Shown here piece by piece: positions 12,986 through 27,148 of a DNA stretch of 64,000 nucleotides (positions are counted from its first letter, which is position 1; every line of letters starts with the position of its first letter). The stretch lies in contig NC_042997.1 in the NCBI RefSeq assembly GCF_006345805.1, positions 45,818,001-45,882,000 on the forward strand, in the 5' to 3' direction. The notes beneath the pieces are model-generated. The model was given only the letters and a program-made list of their open reading frames with translations. It was not told where the DNA came from and searched no databases. The stretch is from Octopus sinensis (lineage: Eukaryota). A program made the translations under genes and the position numbers.

Positions 12986-15149
12986 TACGCAAGTTTCTGC
13001 ATTCGTGTGTATATATGTGAGTATGCGTATGTGTTTGTATTTAGAAAGTCTAAAACGTTTTCAGTTACAAAGGTACGAAGTTTTAATTTTCTTTCGAGCA
13101 GACTCTGGGCAAATATGTTTGTCGGTGAATGAAACACAGTGGATTTAATCAACACCTGCATGTTACTGGTATAGAATTTGCAGAGTTGACAGGAAAAACA
13201 AAAACAATATTCCTCATGGCATTTAAACTTAGAATGTGGGGGTGACAAAATTAAATTCTGTTACTCTATTGCTTGAATTATATAATTTACTTGTATGTTG
13301 TTGCTTTTAAAAACTTACGTGGATTGAGCCTCAAGAAATAACAGCAGAAATGTGGGTGATTCATCTTGAGCTGATATATCCCAAGTGGAATGAATCTAGT
13401 GTTTCATACACTTTTAGAAATTGATAGAAATCTTTCACGTTTAAACATTTTGGAGAACGAACCTATGACTGAACAGAGAATACTTTATATTGATGTTATT
13501 AGCACCAAGCCGTTCATGGCTGGATATTCGTATCAACAACGGCAATCTAACCTCGACCTTACTACTTTTTCAGAGAGTTTATTTCAATCTACATTACCTA
13601 ATTTACTCCCCTTCTTTTATCGACGGTACAGTGGGATTTAAGAGGGATAAATTTGCTATTTCTTGTAGATTGACTGGCCGCACATTCATATTTCAATATG
13701 AATTACTCCACCTAGAAAAAAAAATTGATCAAACAAAAGTATTTAAAAAAATAATTCTTATAACAAATATAAGGAAATATTCCATATGGTAACCTTTTCA
13801 ATTCTTTGTTTTTGATTCATTATATCTTTCGTTTTCTTGGCACAAAAACCTTAATTTAAAAAGTGAGTGCGGGTGAAAGTAGTGGGATACTGGCGCCGTA
13901 AATGAAAATATTTGATGTTGAAAGAGAATAGGAAACGGGTTTTGGACTCATGTTTATGGGCGTTTGTGTTTCACTTCTCAGCGCCTATGTCTTCCCAGAT
14001 ATCAAATATATTTCAGACAAAGAAATAAGGTATTTGTTCAAAGTTGTAAATATGACTTTTATCAGATATCATGCTGTGATTTTCGTGAAATCGCTAAACC
14101 AATCCTGTCCCAGCTCATGGTGTGGTTTAGTAGGTGTCAGACAAAAGAGAAATCAATAGTAAATATCGAAACTGATAAAGAATTGAAGAGTAGTCAAATT
14201 TACGTCTATTTTCAAGAATAGATTCAGAAGTAAATTTAATTCCTATTTTGATATTTTATCTTAAAACGCCCTCCCCATATGAAAGGTGAAAAAGAAAGAA
14301 AAAAAAAACGGATATGAAGGCTGTATGTTCTCGCTATCCCTCTCAGTAAATCATAGCTGCATTGTCTTCATTGAAGAGAACGCATTATTTCAAACCGAGT
14401 TATGTATCGATAATATATTTGAGACTCGACTTTGATATCCAGACTATAACGTAGAATGGAAGAAAACATTAATACACAAGCTAACGAGAGAGTCTCTATG
14501 CGAGTCGTTCCAGGCACTAGAGAAAGTAACCAAATCTCCATGAAATCATATTTTACTATCTTCAATAAAGAAGTCTACATCGGACAATTTTGGACCCTGA
14601 TATAAAAATAGGATGGTTCACGGAAGGCAGCCTTTGATCTCAATTCTGTTCAAGCAGAGTTGTGCTGGGGCTAAACAGCAGCTACAATACTGGTATTATA
14701 AACAGTTTTCAAATTGATTTTGTTTCTAGTCAAAGCAATTCATTTAGACAGGTAGTTGGCACAGTCGTTGGCGGGTCACCGAACTGAAATATATTGCTGC
14801 ATTATCTCCTGCTCTCTGAGTTGAGACCATCCTCAGGTGAACTTTGCTTTCTTTCCGATCAATGAAGTAGAAACGCCGACGTAATCCTTTCTCTTACAGC
14901 TGGGCAGGTTTTAAATGCCTCCATAGTTACACCAAAAGTTGAAGACCCATGGAAAGACGAACACTAATGAATATTAACGGCCTTGAGAATTCCCTAAACA
15001 ATATACATATCCCTTTACCTTGATGTATCTCAGTCAGTACCTTTCATATTTTCGAAAATAAGACCAATTTTCACTATGCACTGTTTCGATTCCCAGATAA
15101 AGTCTCTTCACATGAGGTTTTGCTGCAGAGGTTTTTTTCGAATTGGCAT

Positions 15150-15860
15150 TACTATATTTTATCTTTTACTTCTTTTAGTCAATTGACTTCGGCAATGTTG
15201 GATTACTGCCTTGAAAGGTTTCAGTTGAACAAATCGGCTCCAGTACTTGCTATTTTAAAGGTTATTGCGTATTCTATCGTTCTCTTTTGCCGAACCGCAA
15301 ATTTACGGAAACATAAATAAACCAACATCGGTTGTCTAGTATTGAGTGAACAGACACAAACACAAGCGCGAGCACGCACGCATACACACACACACACATA
15401 CATACACACACAAACACAAGCACACACACACACACAAATATTTATAAAACCCTAGCATCCAAGTGTAGGAAGTTTGTAAGCTTTGAGTAGTGTGTGCTCA
15501 GTATAAAAAACAACTTTCAAGAACAATAATAATTTATTGACGTCAAAAGTGGGCTTTTCCCATATCAAAGTTCGTTCGATACGCTGAAAAAATGTTTTTA
15601 TAACTCACAGCTCGCAACTTGAGTTACTATGAATGCGAATAAAAATCCAACTCGAGGGAGTGAAGCATTTCTTCAATGTATTTGCAACATACATAAACAA
15701 CAGGTTTCTTTCAGTTTCCGCCTACTGTATATACTCACAAGGATTTGGTCGGCCCGGGGCTACAGTAGAAAACACTTGCTCAAGGTGGTGTACAGTGAGA
15801 CTGAACTCGAAGTCAGATGGTTGCAAAGCGAGTTTCTTAATCACACAATCATACCTCCAC
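15150..15860 (-). mobile_element. Degenerate SINE-B in two pieces (tail 15150-15360, head 15700-15860)
   Basis: Similarity to 30047-30460; a CA microsatellite lies in between. Confidence 0.65.
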
Positions 15861-16091
15861 CATTGCCATGGCTGAAAAATTTCAATTCGTCGAACTTTGT
15901 GGATTAACAGCAATGTTGGGAAATAGCATTTTACTGTTGATGCGGCCAGCATCGTTCATTGAGATAAGCCCCATTATTATTGTGGGTTCATGATGAAAAC
16001 TTTCCCACATTGAAGTCACATACATCTGAACATCAAAATCAAATCGCCAAACATAACAAATTGTGGTAAATGAAAACGTTCGACAGCGAAT

Positions 16092-16447
16092 GTGGTGGTG
16101 GAAGCACTCCGTCGGTTACGACGATGAGGGTTCCGGTTGATCCGAATCAACGGAACAGCCTGCTCGGGAAATTAACGCGTAAGTGGCTGAGCACTCCACA
16201 GACACGTGTACCCTTAACGTAGTTCTCGGGGATATTCAGCGTGACACAGAGAGTGACAAGGCCAGCCCTTTGAAATACAGGTACAAGAGAAACAGGAAGT
16301 AAGAGTGAGAAAAAGTTGTGGTGAAAGAGTACAGCAGGGATCACCACCATCCCCTGCCGGAGCCTCGTGGAGCTTTAGGTGTTTTCGCTCAATAAACACT
16401 CACAACGCGAGTCCGCTGCCCTAACCACTAGGCCATTGCGCCTCCAC
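16092..16447 (-). mobile_element. SINE-C (tail 1), B-box deleted, 11-bp TSD
   Basis: TSD cgacagcgaat at 16081-16091 and 16448-16458; head gtggaggcgcaatggcctagtggttaggg. Confidence 0.9.
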
Positions 16448-16671
16448 CGACAGCGAATACTTATTTAAGAATATATAATTCAAAGAAATGACTGGAATTT
16501 TTCCTTCGCTGTATTGTTATTAATAATTGCGTAATTTCCATTCATTTACTTGCAAATATCCTGGGATAAAATATGATTACCACAATTTCTTATTTCTAAG
16601 AAATAAAAATTTTACTAACAAAAATCATTATTTTACCGAAATAACAAATTTGATATAGAGATTGTGAACAA

Positions 16672-17084
16672 TAGGCGTAGGAGTGGCTGTGTGGTAAGTA
16701 GCTTGCTTACCAACCACATGGTTCCGGTTCAGTCCCACTGCATGGCATCTTGGGCAAGTGTCTTCTACTATAGCCTCGGGCTGACCAAAACCTTGTGAGT
16801 GGATTTGGTAGACGGAAACTGAAAGAAGCCCGTCATATATATGTATATATGTATGTATGTATGTATGTGTGTCTGTGTTTGTCCCCCTAGCATTGCTTGA
16901 CAACCGATGCTGGAGTGTTTATGTCCTCCGTAACTTAGCGGTTGGGCAAAAGAGAGACCGATAGAATAAGTACTAGGCTTACAAAGAATACGTCCTGGGG
17001 TCGATTTGCTCGACTAAAGGCGGTGCTCCAGCATGGCCGCAGTCAAATGACTGAAACAAATAAAAGAGTAAAGAGTAAAGAGTA
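16672..17084 (+). mobile_element. Full-length SINE-B
   Basis: tRNA-like head aggcgtaggagtggctgtgtggtaag, internal TA/TG microsatellite, (AAAGAGT)n tail; matches 30047-30460 and 42512-42917. Confidence 0.92.
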
Positions 17085-17337
17085 ATCCCATAAAATTACG
17101 TCGGAGCTATTGTTTAACACCTGGTCTTCCTTCGTCGAGCACATCTATGATCAAAGTCAAACCGCCTCTTTTTTTCACTCGTAGTATGTCTGGCACTACA
17201 TTTCTCAGTGCACCCTTCTCTTTTCAAGTGAGGAGTGTATGAGTTTGAATGATACTTAGCTGATATATCTAGCAGCTGGCGCGACTCACAAAAGTCTCCC
17301 TAGGAGGTTTGTTTTAAGTTACAGTGAATCAGTTACC

Positions 17338-17764
17338 TATTTTTTACTACTCACAAAGGGCTAAACATAGAGGGGACAAACAGGGACAGACAAACGGATT
17401 AAGTCGATTATATCGACCCCAGTGCATAACTGGTACTTAATTTATCGACCCCGAAAGGATGAAAGGCAAAGTCGACCTCGACAGAATTTGAACTCAGAAC
17501 GTAACGGCAGACGAAATACCTATTTCTATTTCTTTACTACCCACAAGGGGCTAAACACAGAGAGGACAAACAAGGACAGACAAGCAGATTAAGTGGATTA
17601 TATCGACTCCAGTGCGTAACTGGTACTTAATTTATCGACCCTGAAAGGATGAAAGGCAAAGTCGACCTCGGCGGAATTTGAACTCACAACGTAACGGCAG
17701 ACGAAATACCGCAAAGTACTTCGCCCGGCGTGCTAACGCTTCTGCCAGCCTGCCGCCTTCAATC
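17338..17764 (-). mobile_element. SINE-A dimer with 11-bp TSD
   Basis: Two ~185-bp units; TSD aatcagttacc at 17327-17337 and 17765-17775. Confidence 0.92.
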
Positions 17765-18100
17765 AATCAGTTACCGCCCACATCACTGGGTAGGCGAACT
17801 TTTCATGTAATCGGGTTCAACAAAAGAAATATCGATTTTAAAACAGGGTCAGGGAAGCCGGTTAATAATCTCAACCTTTCAAAGCAGACGTTAGGACTAA
17901 GGAAGACACATTCATACTGAAGCAGATCTCATTTAGAAAAAACTGTGTGAGGATGTGTTAAACGACTTATGTGTGCTTTCGCGCCCTTAAATTGATCAGA
18001 TGGATGTCGAATAAACCTTTAATCCAACTTTCAATGACTGAAGAAAATGCAACTAATGCATCTGAGTAGATTCAATTGATTTTATTCTCTCTCTCGCGCA

Positions 18101-19546
18101 AAGAAAAAAAAAAAGAAAGAAAAAGAAGACCAAATTTCTCTCTTGTTAAAAAGAACATTCCTTTCACCGTTTGCTGAATCGTTAGTGTCTATTGCTTCAC
18201 GCCGTGGATCAGCTCCTTTTATTTGTCTAAGTTGTAGAAGAATTCTTGCATTTTTTTTTTCACCGAATTTATGAAAACAGCTAAAAGGTTGTAAAATGCG
18301 TTTCGCAACAATATAGTTCTAGGTCCAAATCTACGCCACTGCACTTGGACAGGTGTCTTCTCCCTTAGTCACTACAACTTTGCGAGTGAAATTTGGTATA
18401 CAGAAACTGTATAGGTGGTCATCATGCACACAGATACACATACACACACACACGCAACGCGCGCGTGCACACACTTACACACGCACACACACACACACAC
18501 ACACACAGGCACACACACATACGCGCGCACACAAACATACGCGCGCACACACACTCGCACGCACACTCACATACACACGCACACACACTCACACACATAC
18601 GCACACACACATGCGCACACACGCTCACAAATACACACACACATATACACACACACTCGCACGTACACACACACAAACACACACACGCTCACACATACAC
18701 ACACATATACTCACACACGCTCACACATACACACACACATATATGCACACACACTCACACGTACACACATGCACACTCAAGCGCGTGCACACACACACAC
18801 AGGTGAGTGTATGCATCTGCTGTGTTTACCGGTGTAAAACTGATGCGGTGTCATGCAGCGTCATTTAGCGATTCTATTGAAGAAAAAAAGCAGCCAGGAA
18901 TAGGTATTGTCGTGGCTATGATCGACTTTGAACGATGTGCTGTATCATGGCCGTAGTCCATTAACTGGAATCAGCAAAAAAATATTAAAGGAATAAAAGA
19001 ATATTCAATAGATATTCTGCTAACAAGATTTTTATATGTGCACTTAATATCTGTTACACACATTTATTAAATGTTGCCTCTGACAGAAAACTATTCCAAG
19101 AAAACCATTCCGTATTCAACAGATGCAGCTGATGAAGTAAAAGAATACAAAAATGAAAATAAAAACAAAAAGAAAAAAAAAAGAAAGAAAAAGAAGACCA
19201 AATTTCTCTCTTGTTAAAAAGAACATTCCTTTCACCGTTTGCTGAATCGTTAGTGTCTATTGCTTCACGCCGTGGATCAGCTCCTTTTATTTGTCTAAGT
19301 TGTAGAAGAATTCTTGCATTTTTTTTTTCACCGAATTTATGAAAACAGCTAAAAGGTTGTAAAATGCGTTTCGCAACAATATAGTTCTAGGTCCAAATCT
19401 ACGCCACTGCACTTGGACAGGTGTCTTCTCCCTTAGTCACTACAACTTTGCGAGTGAAATTTGGTATACAGAAACTGTATAGGTGGTCATCATGCACACA
19501 GATACACATACACACACACACGCAACGCGCGCGTGCACACACTTAC

Positions 19547-19585
<39 letters not shown>

Positions 19586-19652
19586 CACACACACACATAC
19601 GCGCGCACACAAACATACGCGCGCACACACACTCGCACGCACACTCACATAC

Positions 19653-19693
<41 letters not shown>

Positions 19694-19704
19694 CACACAC
19701 ACAT

Positions 19705-19753
<49 letters not shown>

Positions 19754-20281
19754 CACACACACATACGCGCGCACACACACATACGCGCGCACACACACAC
19801 ACACATATACTCACACACGCTCACACATACACACACACATATATGCACACACACTCACACGTACACACATGCACACTCAAGCGCGTGCACACACACACAC
19901 AGGTGAGTGTATGCATCTGCTGTGTTTACCGGTGTAAAACTGATGCGGTGTCATGCAGCGTCATTTAGCGATTCTATTGAAGAAAAAAAGCAGCCAGGAA
20001 TAGGTATTGTCGTGGCTATGATCGACTTTGAACGATGTGCTGTATCATGGCCGTAGTCCATTAACTGGAATCAGCAAAAAAATATTAAAGGAATAAAAGA
20101 ATATTCAATAGATATTCTGCTAACAAGATTTTTATATGTGCACTTAATATCTGTTACACACATTTATTAAATGTTGCCTCTGACAGAAAACTATTCCAAG
20201 AAAACCATTCCGTATTCAACAGATGCAGCTGATGAAGTAAAAGAATACAAAAATGAAAATAAAAACAAAAAGAAAAAAAAG
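18101..20281. repeat. Tandem duplication of a ~1.07-1.1 kb unit containing an old SINE-B with an expanded CA repeat
   Basis: 18101-19170 and 19171-20281 appear identical outside the CA tract; junctions lie in aaagaaaaaaaa runs. Confidence 0.95.
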
Positions 20282-20837
20282 AAATAACACGAAGCAGAAG
20301 CTATAACAAAAATTGAAAATTATTGTCGAGATACTGCATTTTGCATTTCAACTGAATTCTTATCAACTTATCAGTGAACAGTCTCTGATTATTTTGAATA
20401 GTACGAAATAACCGACCGTGCGGAGAAACCATTACATGTCTATTTAGGGAGGGTGCTAATCAATGAAATATCAAATCATACTAACAGCTGACTATCGGGG
20501 GGAAAAAAGTAAAAGCAATAAATAGATAAAGAAGGAAAGAAATCAAATACCAGGCTAATTGCATAAGCATTATATTCTGCGAATCAAGCTAAAGGAAAAA
20601 GAGATGGAAGAAAAATAGGAAAAGAAAAAAGAAAGAGTGAGAGCGAAAGAGATAGAGTGAGAGGTGTGAAGCCGCGATCTGTATAATAAAGTTACTGGAA
20701 ATATAATATTACACGAGAAAATCAGCAAATAACTGAATATCTGAGATTTTCCTGAATCGCGTATGCTCTCAGTATACAGTAACCTCGTAGCTAATTCCCT
20801 ACTGCCAAATTTGTCCTTTGGTGCTACCTTCTTTTAA

Positions 20838-21070
20838 AGGAGGCGAGCTGGAAGAAACGTTAGCACGCCGGGCGAAATGCGTAGCAGTATTTCGTCTGCC
20901 GCTACGTTCTGAGTTCAAATTCTGCCGAGGTCGACTTTGCCTTTCATCCTTTCGGGGTCGATTAAATAATTACCAGTTACGCACTGGGGGTGATATGATC
21001 GACTTAATCCGTTTGTCTGTCCTTGTTTGTCCTCTCTGTGTGTAGCCCCTTGTGGGTAGTAAAGAAATAG
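20838..21070 (+). mobile_element. SINE-A monomer (young tail)
   Basis: aggaggcgagctggaagaaacgttagcacg...gtagtaaagaaatag; imperfect TSD ctaccttctttt/ctatcttctttt. Confidence 0.92.
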
Positions 21071-21129
21071 ATACTATCTTCTTTTGTCGAACATACACAC
21101 ACACACACATACGTGTAGCGAGCTCCCAC

Positions 21130-21600
21130 TGTTATATTTTTTTCATTATTCTTATTTCTATCAATCGTTGGACTGTTTGACAGTTGGATTGTTGGATGGC
21201 AGGCATGCGGAGATATGCCTTCAAAGGGTTTGGGCGATCATATCGACCCAAATATTTGTTTCAGTTTGGTACTTAATGTATCGAATTATATTTGTCGATT
21301 GACTAGGTTACTGGATACACAGGGACATAACATAAACACCACGGGTTTTTTTCACCGGTGTAAACGTTGAGACGCATATGGACGCATGCGTGCGCGAGTG
21401 TACGCACATATGTACGTACACACACACACACATATATGATGGGTTTCTGCATTGTTTCCATCCACCAAATCCTACTCAGCTCGAAAGTATATTACAAACT
21501 CACTTGTCAAAGTGTACTTTTTGCAAAGAGCCCATTGCAGTCACGTTTTTTTCAACGAGCTAGTACGGTTACAGAAAGAAGTTTAGCTTCTTATGCCACA
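21130..21600 (-). mobile_element. Highly diverged SINE-B
   Basis: Weak collinear similarity to SINE-B tail, central CA tract and head. Confidence 0.5.
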
Positions 21601-24600
21601 TCAACGACAATAGCAGCACTGCACACACACACACACACGCACAGCAATAGAAAAAGATCGATAGAACATTTTAATGAAGTAATTTATTGTAATTAAATTA
21701 ACCATTTGCGATTTATTATAAATGCACATAATGTTTTATATGCGTCAACAATCTCGCTAAACTATTACTGATCAGGTCGGATAATGCTTCGAGCAACCTA
21801 TGCCATTATCACTTAAAGTCGAACAATAGGACAGCAATACATGTTTAACAATGTTCCTATGTTCATGCAGTGTCAGCTAGCACGACTAAACTCACTCGAA
21901 AGAAACAAGTCCTTCAGATAATAAAGAAATATTGGAATATGTTGCAGCCTACTTTCATAAAACGACATCCATTTTCAGGAATACTGAAAGTACAATATAC
22001 TATAAAACATTGCCGCGCCATATTTATTGCATTATATTAAACTAAACAATAACAGTAAGCAACAGCAATATCTGAATGGTCCAACCAATAATGGAAGCAC
22101 CTTGCGGTCAACTGGGCCAGCTAGAAATAGCTACTAAATGAATTTTATTTAAAATAAAAAATACTGCGTTAAAAAGCAGAATGACGAATTCGATGATCCT
22201 GGCTATATCATATATGAAAAATTCGATGGGGATAGCTACGTCTAGAACGCTTTCAGAGTAGGTCTGCCTAATCAAGATTAGAGGGCAATAGAGCGGTACA
22301 AAAGTTGAGCTCCAAAAACGATGCCATACAGTTTTAACTACCATATCTTTATAGACAGAGTTCAGTTCTTACAAGTGCCAATTATCCTTTACTTTCTGCT
22401 GGGACCAGTGAAACGTGCACCTGTGATATATGAGAAGTCAAATACATCAAACTTAGTCATTCTATATATATATGCATGGCTTTGTGCAATATGAGAAATC
22501 AATGCTTAGTCTGTCGCGCATGGCTATTATGGTGTCAAAGACTGCGGCACGCACGAAATATTTTTTATTGTTTAGTGGCATCACTTTCTGTTCCAATCCC
22601 TTTCCTGTAAATTTAGGCATTTATACCTTCGGGGTCGTTGAAATGAATACTTGCGTGGCATTGATGTAATTAATACACTAGTTAACGAACATCTAATGTA
22701 AACAAAGCACATACAGTCACTTACGTCTTTCTTTATTGAGGCAATGTTGGTGTAATCTTTACACAATCAGATAAATATATTTTGAGTTATTTTGCTCCTT
22801 TATGTTCTGAGTTCAAACTTCATTGGGGTCGGCTTCGATATAATTTTATCAAACTCTCAAGCACCAGGTAAGTAGAGATAGATTTAATCTACTATACTTT
22901 CGCCACAAAATATGTTGCTTTGTACCGATACTAGAAATCAATATTTCATGTCTAATTTATACAGTGGCAAATAATAATAACAGCACTTGTCCAAGCAGAA
23001 TATTGAGAAAGGCTGGCGATAGGGTTAAGGAAGTCTACTTCAGCCGGTTACAAATAGCAGAGCTCAAGTAAATGTCAATTCCAGACCACTTGATGAACGT
23101 TGGTTTTATAATGCAACTGCTCGTTTAACAAATCACAGCAAATTTAATAAATCGAGATATATACAAACTTAGTATAGAAAACTAAACAAAAGATCGTGTC
23201 AGTAAATAACCAATTAAATGACTAGACAAACGTCAAATATTAACCTAACCATCACGTAACTATAAACAAAAGAAGAATATCTTGCTAAGTTGTGACACCG
23301 TAAAAATGATTAACATTTCAGGTGATGCTAATCTGCGTTGGAGCAGAAATCTAATTCTTCTTAACAAAAAGACTTTCTGAAACGTCAGTCTCCAATACTT
23401 CTCTCGAAGCTCCCAACAAGCTCTTTGGTGTATATTTCCTAACCGATTCATGCCGACGCAAAACATCGCTAGCCAACGCACTCTAGAGACATTCCTTGTT
23501 TAAACACTTTCTTTGTTTAATCTAGCAGCCAAGTAATTGTCATTGATTGCTTTGAATTAAAGACGAAACTAATTTTATTGGGTAGTATTAGTATTAGTAG
23601 TCGTGAACTCGATTAAGTATGAACGTCGAAGACCAGTGTTAAAGCTTTTGGCGGGTCGGGGAAGGGAAGGCGGAAGCCAAATATATGGCATAAGTTCGAT
23701 TCCATGTTGAGCCAACTTAATACGCTTTCGCTTTTTACTTGCAATTTCCGGTCGTAATCAATAGCAAAGAAAATATATGTTCCATTTGACTTGCCCTTCT
23801 TTGGCAAACAACATGAAAAACAAAGTTTTATTGTCAGCCGGAAACACTTTTAATACAGTCTCATTGCATAACCGATTGAATCGGCCCATTGTATTACTGG
23901 TACACTTTAAAATTAATCTTGGGAAGCTAAAAGACAAGGTTTGCTTGCAGTTTGAATTTAAAATGTAAACTGACAAAACTAAACATTGCAAATTATTCAA
24001 AAAGATAATCTACTACTTCTGTTGTGTTAATAAACATCTAAATATTAATTTTTAATTTAGGCATAAAATAACAAAGAGATAAGCGGTGATAATGGGGATG
24101 TGTCACGTTCACTACTGTAACAACGACTCCAGAAGCAAGAATGATCTAAGATCTACAAATTGTTATTTTTGTTATGTAGCCCCAGGTCAATATCTAATCG
24201 AGCACGATGCCTTATTTTGTGTTAATTGAAGTTTGTTATGGGAACTACGCAAGTAGTCAACCGAACGTAAAAGTTTGACTCACCGATCTGCCTTTTTTTT
24301 ATTTATATAATACACTTACCTCACTGAGAGGCATAATTCACACGCCAACTTGCAGATTTGAGTAGCATGGGGTGCTATCTAGCAGTCTTGAAAATTGTAT
24401 TTTCTGTATCTTCCCATTCTAATATTCTACATACAAAGATGGTCGTGTCGATAATATCAAAGGTGTATGAGTTGGAATGTGCAAAAAAAACAAACTCTGT
24501 TATTCCTGTGCACTTTGTGCAGAAGGTGCGCATCCTAGAATAGTATTGTGGCAGGTGAGGCTATTGATGCTACTGCTATTCCTGGGTTTATATTTTTTAT

Positions 24601-24634
24601 GCCTTTGTAGGCTGATTGGAAGTGATACTGAATA

Positions 24635-25051
24635 TATATTTCTTTATTGCCCACAAGGGGCTAGACATAGAGGGGACAAACAAGGACAGACAAACGGATT
24701 AAGTCGATTACATCGACCCCAGTGCGAAACTGGTACTTTATTTATCGTACCCGAAAGGATGAAAGGCAAAGTCGATCTCGGCGGAATTTGAACTCAGAAC
24801 GTAACGGCAGACGAAATATTTATTTCTTTACTACCCACAAGGGGCCAAGCACAGAGGGGACAAACAAGGACAGACAAACTAATTAAGTCGATCATATCGA
24901 CCCCAACGTGTAACTGGTACTTAATTTATCGACCCCGAAAGGATGAAAGGCAAAGTCGACCTCGGCGGAATTTGAAGTCAGAACGTTACGGCAGACGAAA
25001 TAGGGCGACGCATTTCGCCCGGCTTGCTAACGATTCTGCCAACTCGCCGCC
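24635..25051 (-). mobile_element. SINE-A dimer with 14-bp TSD
   Basis: TSD agtgatactgaata at 24621-24634 and 25052-25065; same two-unit structure as 17338-17764. Confidence 0.93.
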
Positions 25052-26026
25052 AGTGATACTGAATACAGGATGTTGTTGCAGTAGTGTTCTGGGTGTTCTG
25101 TATATATTGTAGTCTTTGGAGGCATTGTTTTCATATAGGGACAGGGACTGAGGATATTATTGACTGCAATAGCAAACTGTGCTCCCTGTTGTATATTTGT
25201 TTCTTTGCATTGGTGGTTTGTGCTGTGTGTACAACCTGTTATGATGTACAATGCATTATTTTGTATTCATTGTGGTCTGCCGTGGGAGGATTTAGGGACT
25301 TAAGCAAGGCTGACACGATCCTCATGATTGCACTCTGTCGCTTCTACACAACTAGTGTTGCTTTATATGTCGATCAAATGTGGTGTATGTCATTGCTCTA
25401 AGCGCTTTAGTTTGTCGTTTTTCTCTCGTTGTATGTAACTCATGGTATTTTCGTCTTGTCTGTGTACCGTCGATGCTGTTGTTTAGCCTTAACCAGGCAG
25501 ATATGTGATCAAAAGTGTTCCAGTAGTGGCTCTCCCTTTTTCACTGCTATTTCTAGGAGGTCTGGTGATCGCGTAGAGTGAAGCTTTATCTGGAGAATAG
25601 TGGGGGGAATATTAGAGAGAGATCGTCTGAATGTGAAATCGTATGTTTTAACAAGGCATGGGATGTCATTTAGTTATAGATCGAAAAGAGTGAGAAATTT
25701 TAATTTGTACGTTAACAAAATTATGATCTAATACAAAATATAATTAACACAATGTGACTCTCAAGTCTCTCGATAATAGATAAACAACATTCATTAGCTT
25801 TGAAGTGCACTGAAGATAGCTGGGCTAATGTAGCACGGAATTATAAGCTTTAGAATGTTTAGTATCAACCTTTCCTGTTCTAGTTTCAAATTCTATCGGC
25901 ATTATAATGCTTTTCGTAATTTTTGAATGTCAACACATACACCCAGAAAGTGAATTTAGCCAAGTCGATCCATTGTAGAAATTTGTGGCTTTGTGATAGG
26001 GTAAGAAATTATTATTATTATTATAA

Positions 26027-26241
26027 AAGGCGGCGAGCTGACAGAATCGTTAGCACACCAGGCGAAATGCTACGTTCTGAGTTCAAATTTCGCAGAGGGT
26101 CGACTTTGCCTTTCATCCTTTCAGGGTTAATAAATTAAGTACTAGTGAAACACAGGAGACGATATAATTGACTAATCCCCTTTCCCAAAATTTCAGATCG
26201 TGTGCCTATAGTAGAAAGGATCATCATCATCATCATCATCA

Positions 26242-26285
<44 letters not shown>

Positions 26286-26325
26286 TCTGGCCTTGTGCTT
26301 ATAGTAGAAAGGATTATTATAATTA
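26027..26325 (+). mobile_element. SINE-A' followed by (CAT)n(TAT)n and a duplicated tail
   Basis: Head aaggcggcgagctgacag; tail gtgcctatagtagaaagga recurs as gtgcttatagtagaaagga after the trinucleotide run. Confidence 0.8.
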
Positions 26326-26589
26326 TTATAGAAATGGTGATAGAGTGACAGAAATATTTTAGTGCGATCCTTTTTTACACCTTGATTTCAAACGACATAT
26401 ACTATCGACATCAGAGTCGATGATATATGTACAAATGATGCACTACACCCACTTTTATCGGTTATCCACAAACCCTGAAAAATCCAAACGCTTGTTGCTG
26501 TATATCAATATGAAAATTTAGTAAAGTTTGTTATGGGAACCTTAAGATGATAGGGCACTGACAAAATATTTCGCATTCTTATATCTTAT

Positions 26590-26970
26590 AGTTGTTTCAG
26601 TCATTCGACTGCGGCAATGCTGGAGCAGCACCTTGAAGGGATTTAATCGACCTAATCAACCCCAGTACTGATTTAAAAAAAAGTATGGTGCCTATTCTAT
26701 CGTTGCCTTTTGCCGAAACTAAGTTGCAGGGATGTAAACAACCAGCACCCGTTATCAAGCGGTCAGGGAATAGACCTAAGCACAAAGATACGTCCCCCCC
26801 CACACTAACATATATATGTCATCTAAATAATTTCCCTTTACTAGACCCACTGACAAGGCATCGGCCAATTCCAGGTCTATAGTGGAAGATACTTGCTCAA
26901 GGTTCCACTTTGTGCGACGGAGCGTGAGACCATGTGGCTGGGAAGCAAACTTCATACCGCACAACCATTG
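26590..26970 (-). mobile_element. Diverged SINE-B
   Basis: gtttcagtcattcgactgcggcaatgctggagc...ctatagtggaagatacttgc. Confidence 0.75.
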
Positions 26971-27148
26971 TACAAACTTCGTTGAGTGCCACATGGGTTG
27001 AAAGAATAATTGCAAAAATTACCTAAATTCTAACCCAGTATTAATTACCAAAAAGATGACATGAAAGCAATCTGAAATCGAAACCGATTCATGAGTTCAG
27101 TTAGCAAGGCACCTTTAAGACCACTTCCTATATATATATATATATATA

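Noticed and set aside
14370-14610. Short open frames in unique sequence
   Set aside because: No motif, homology or splice support.
18353-19968. Long His/Thr- or Cys/Val-rich ORFs
   Set aside because: Translations of (CA)n/(TG)n, open in several frames; the same applies to the YI/IY ORFs at 29.8-31, 33-39, 46 and 61-63.5 kb.
24312-24400. Minus-strand donor GAG|GTAAGT
   Set aside because: No supportable acceptor or coding frame upstream.
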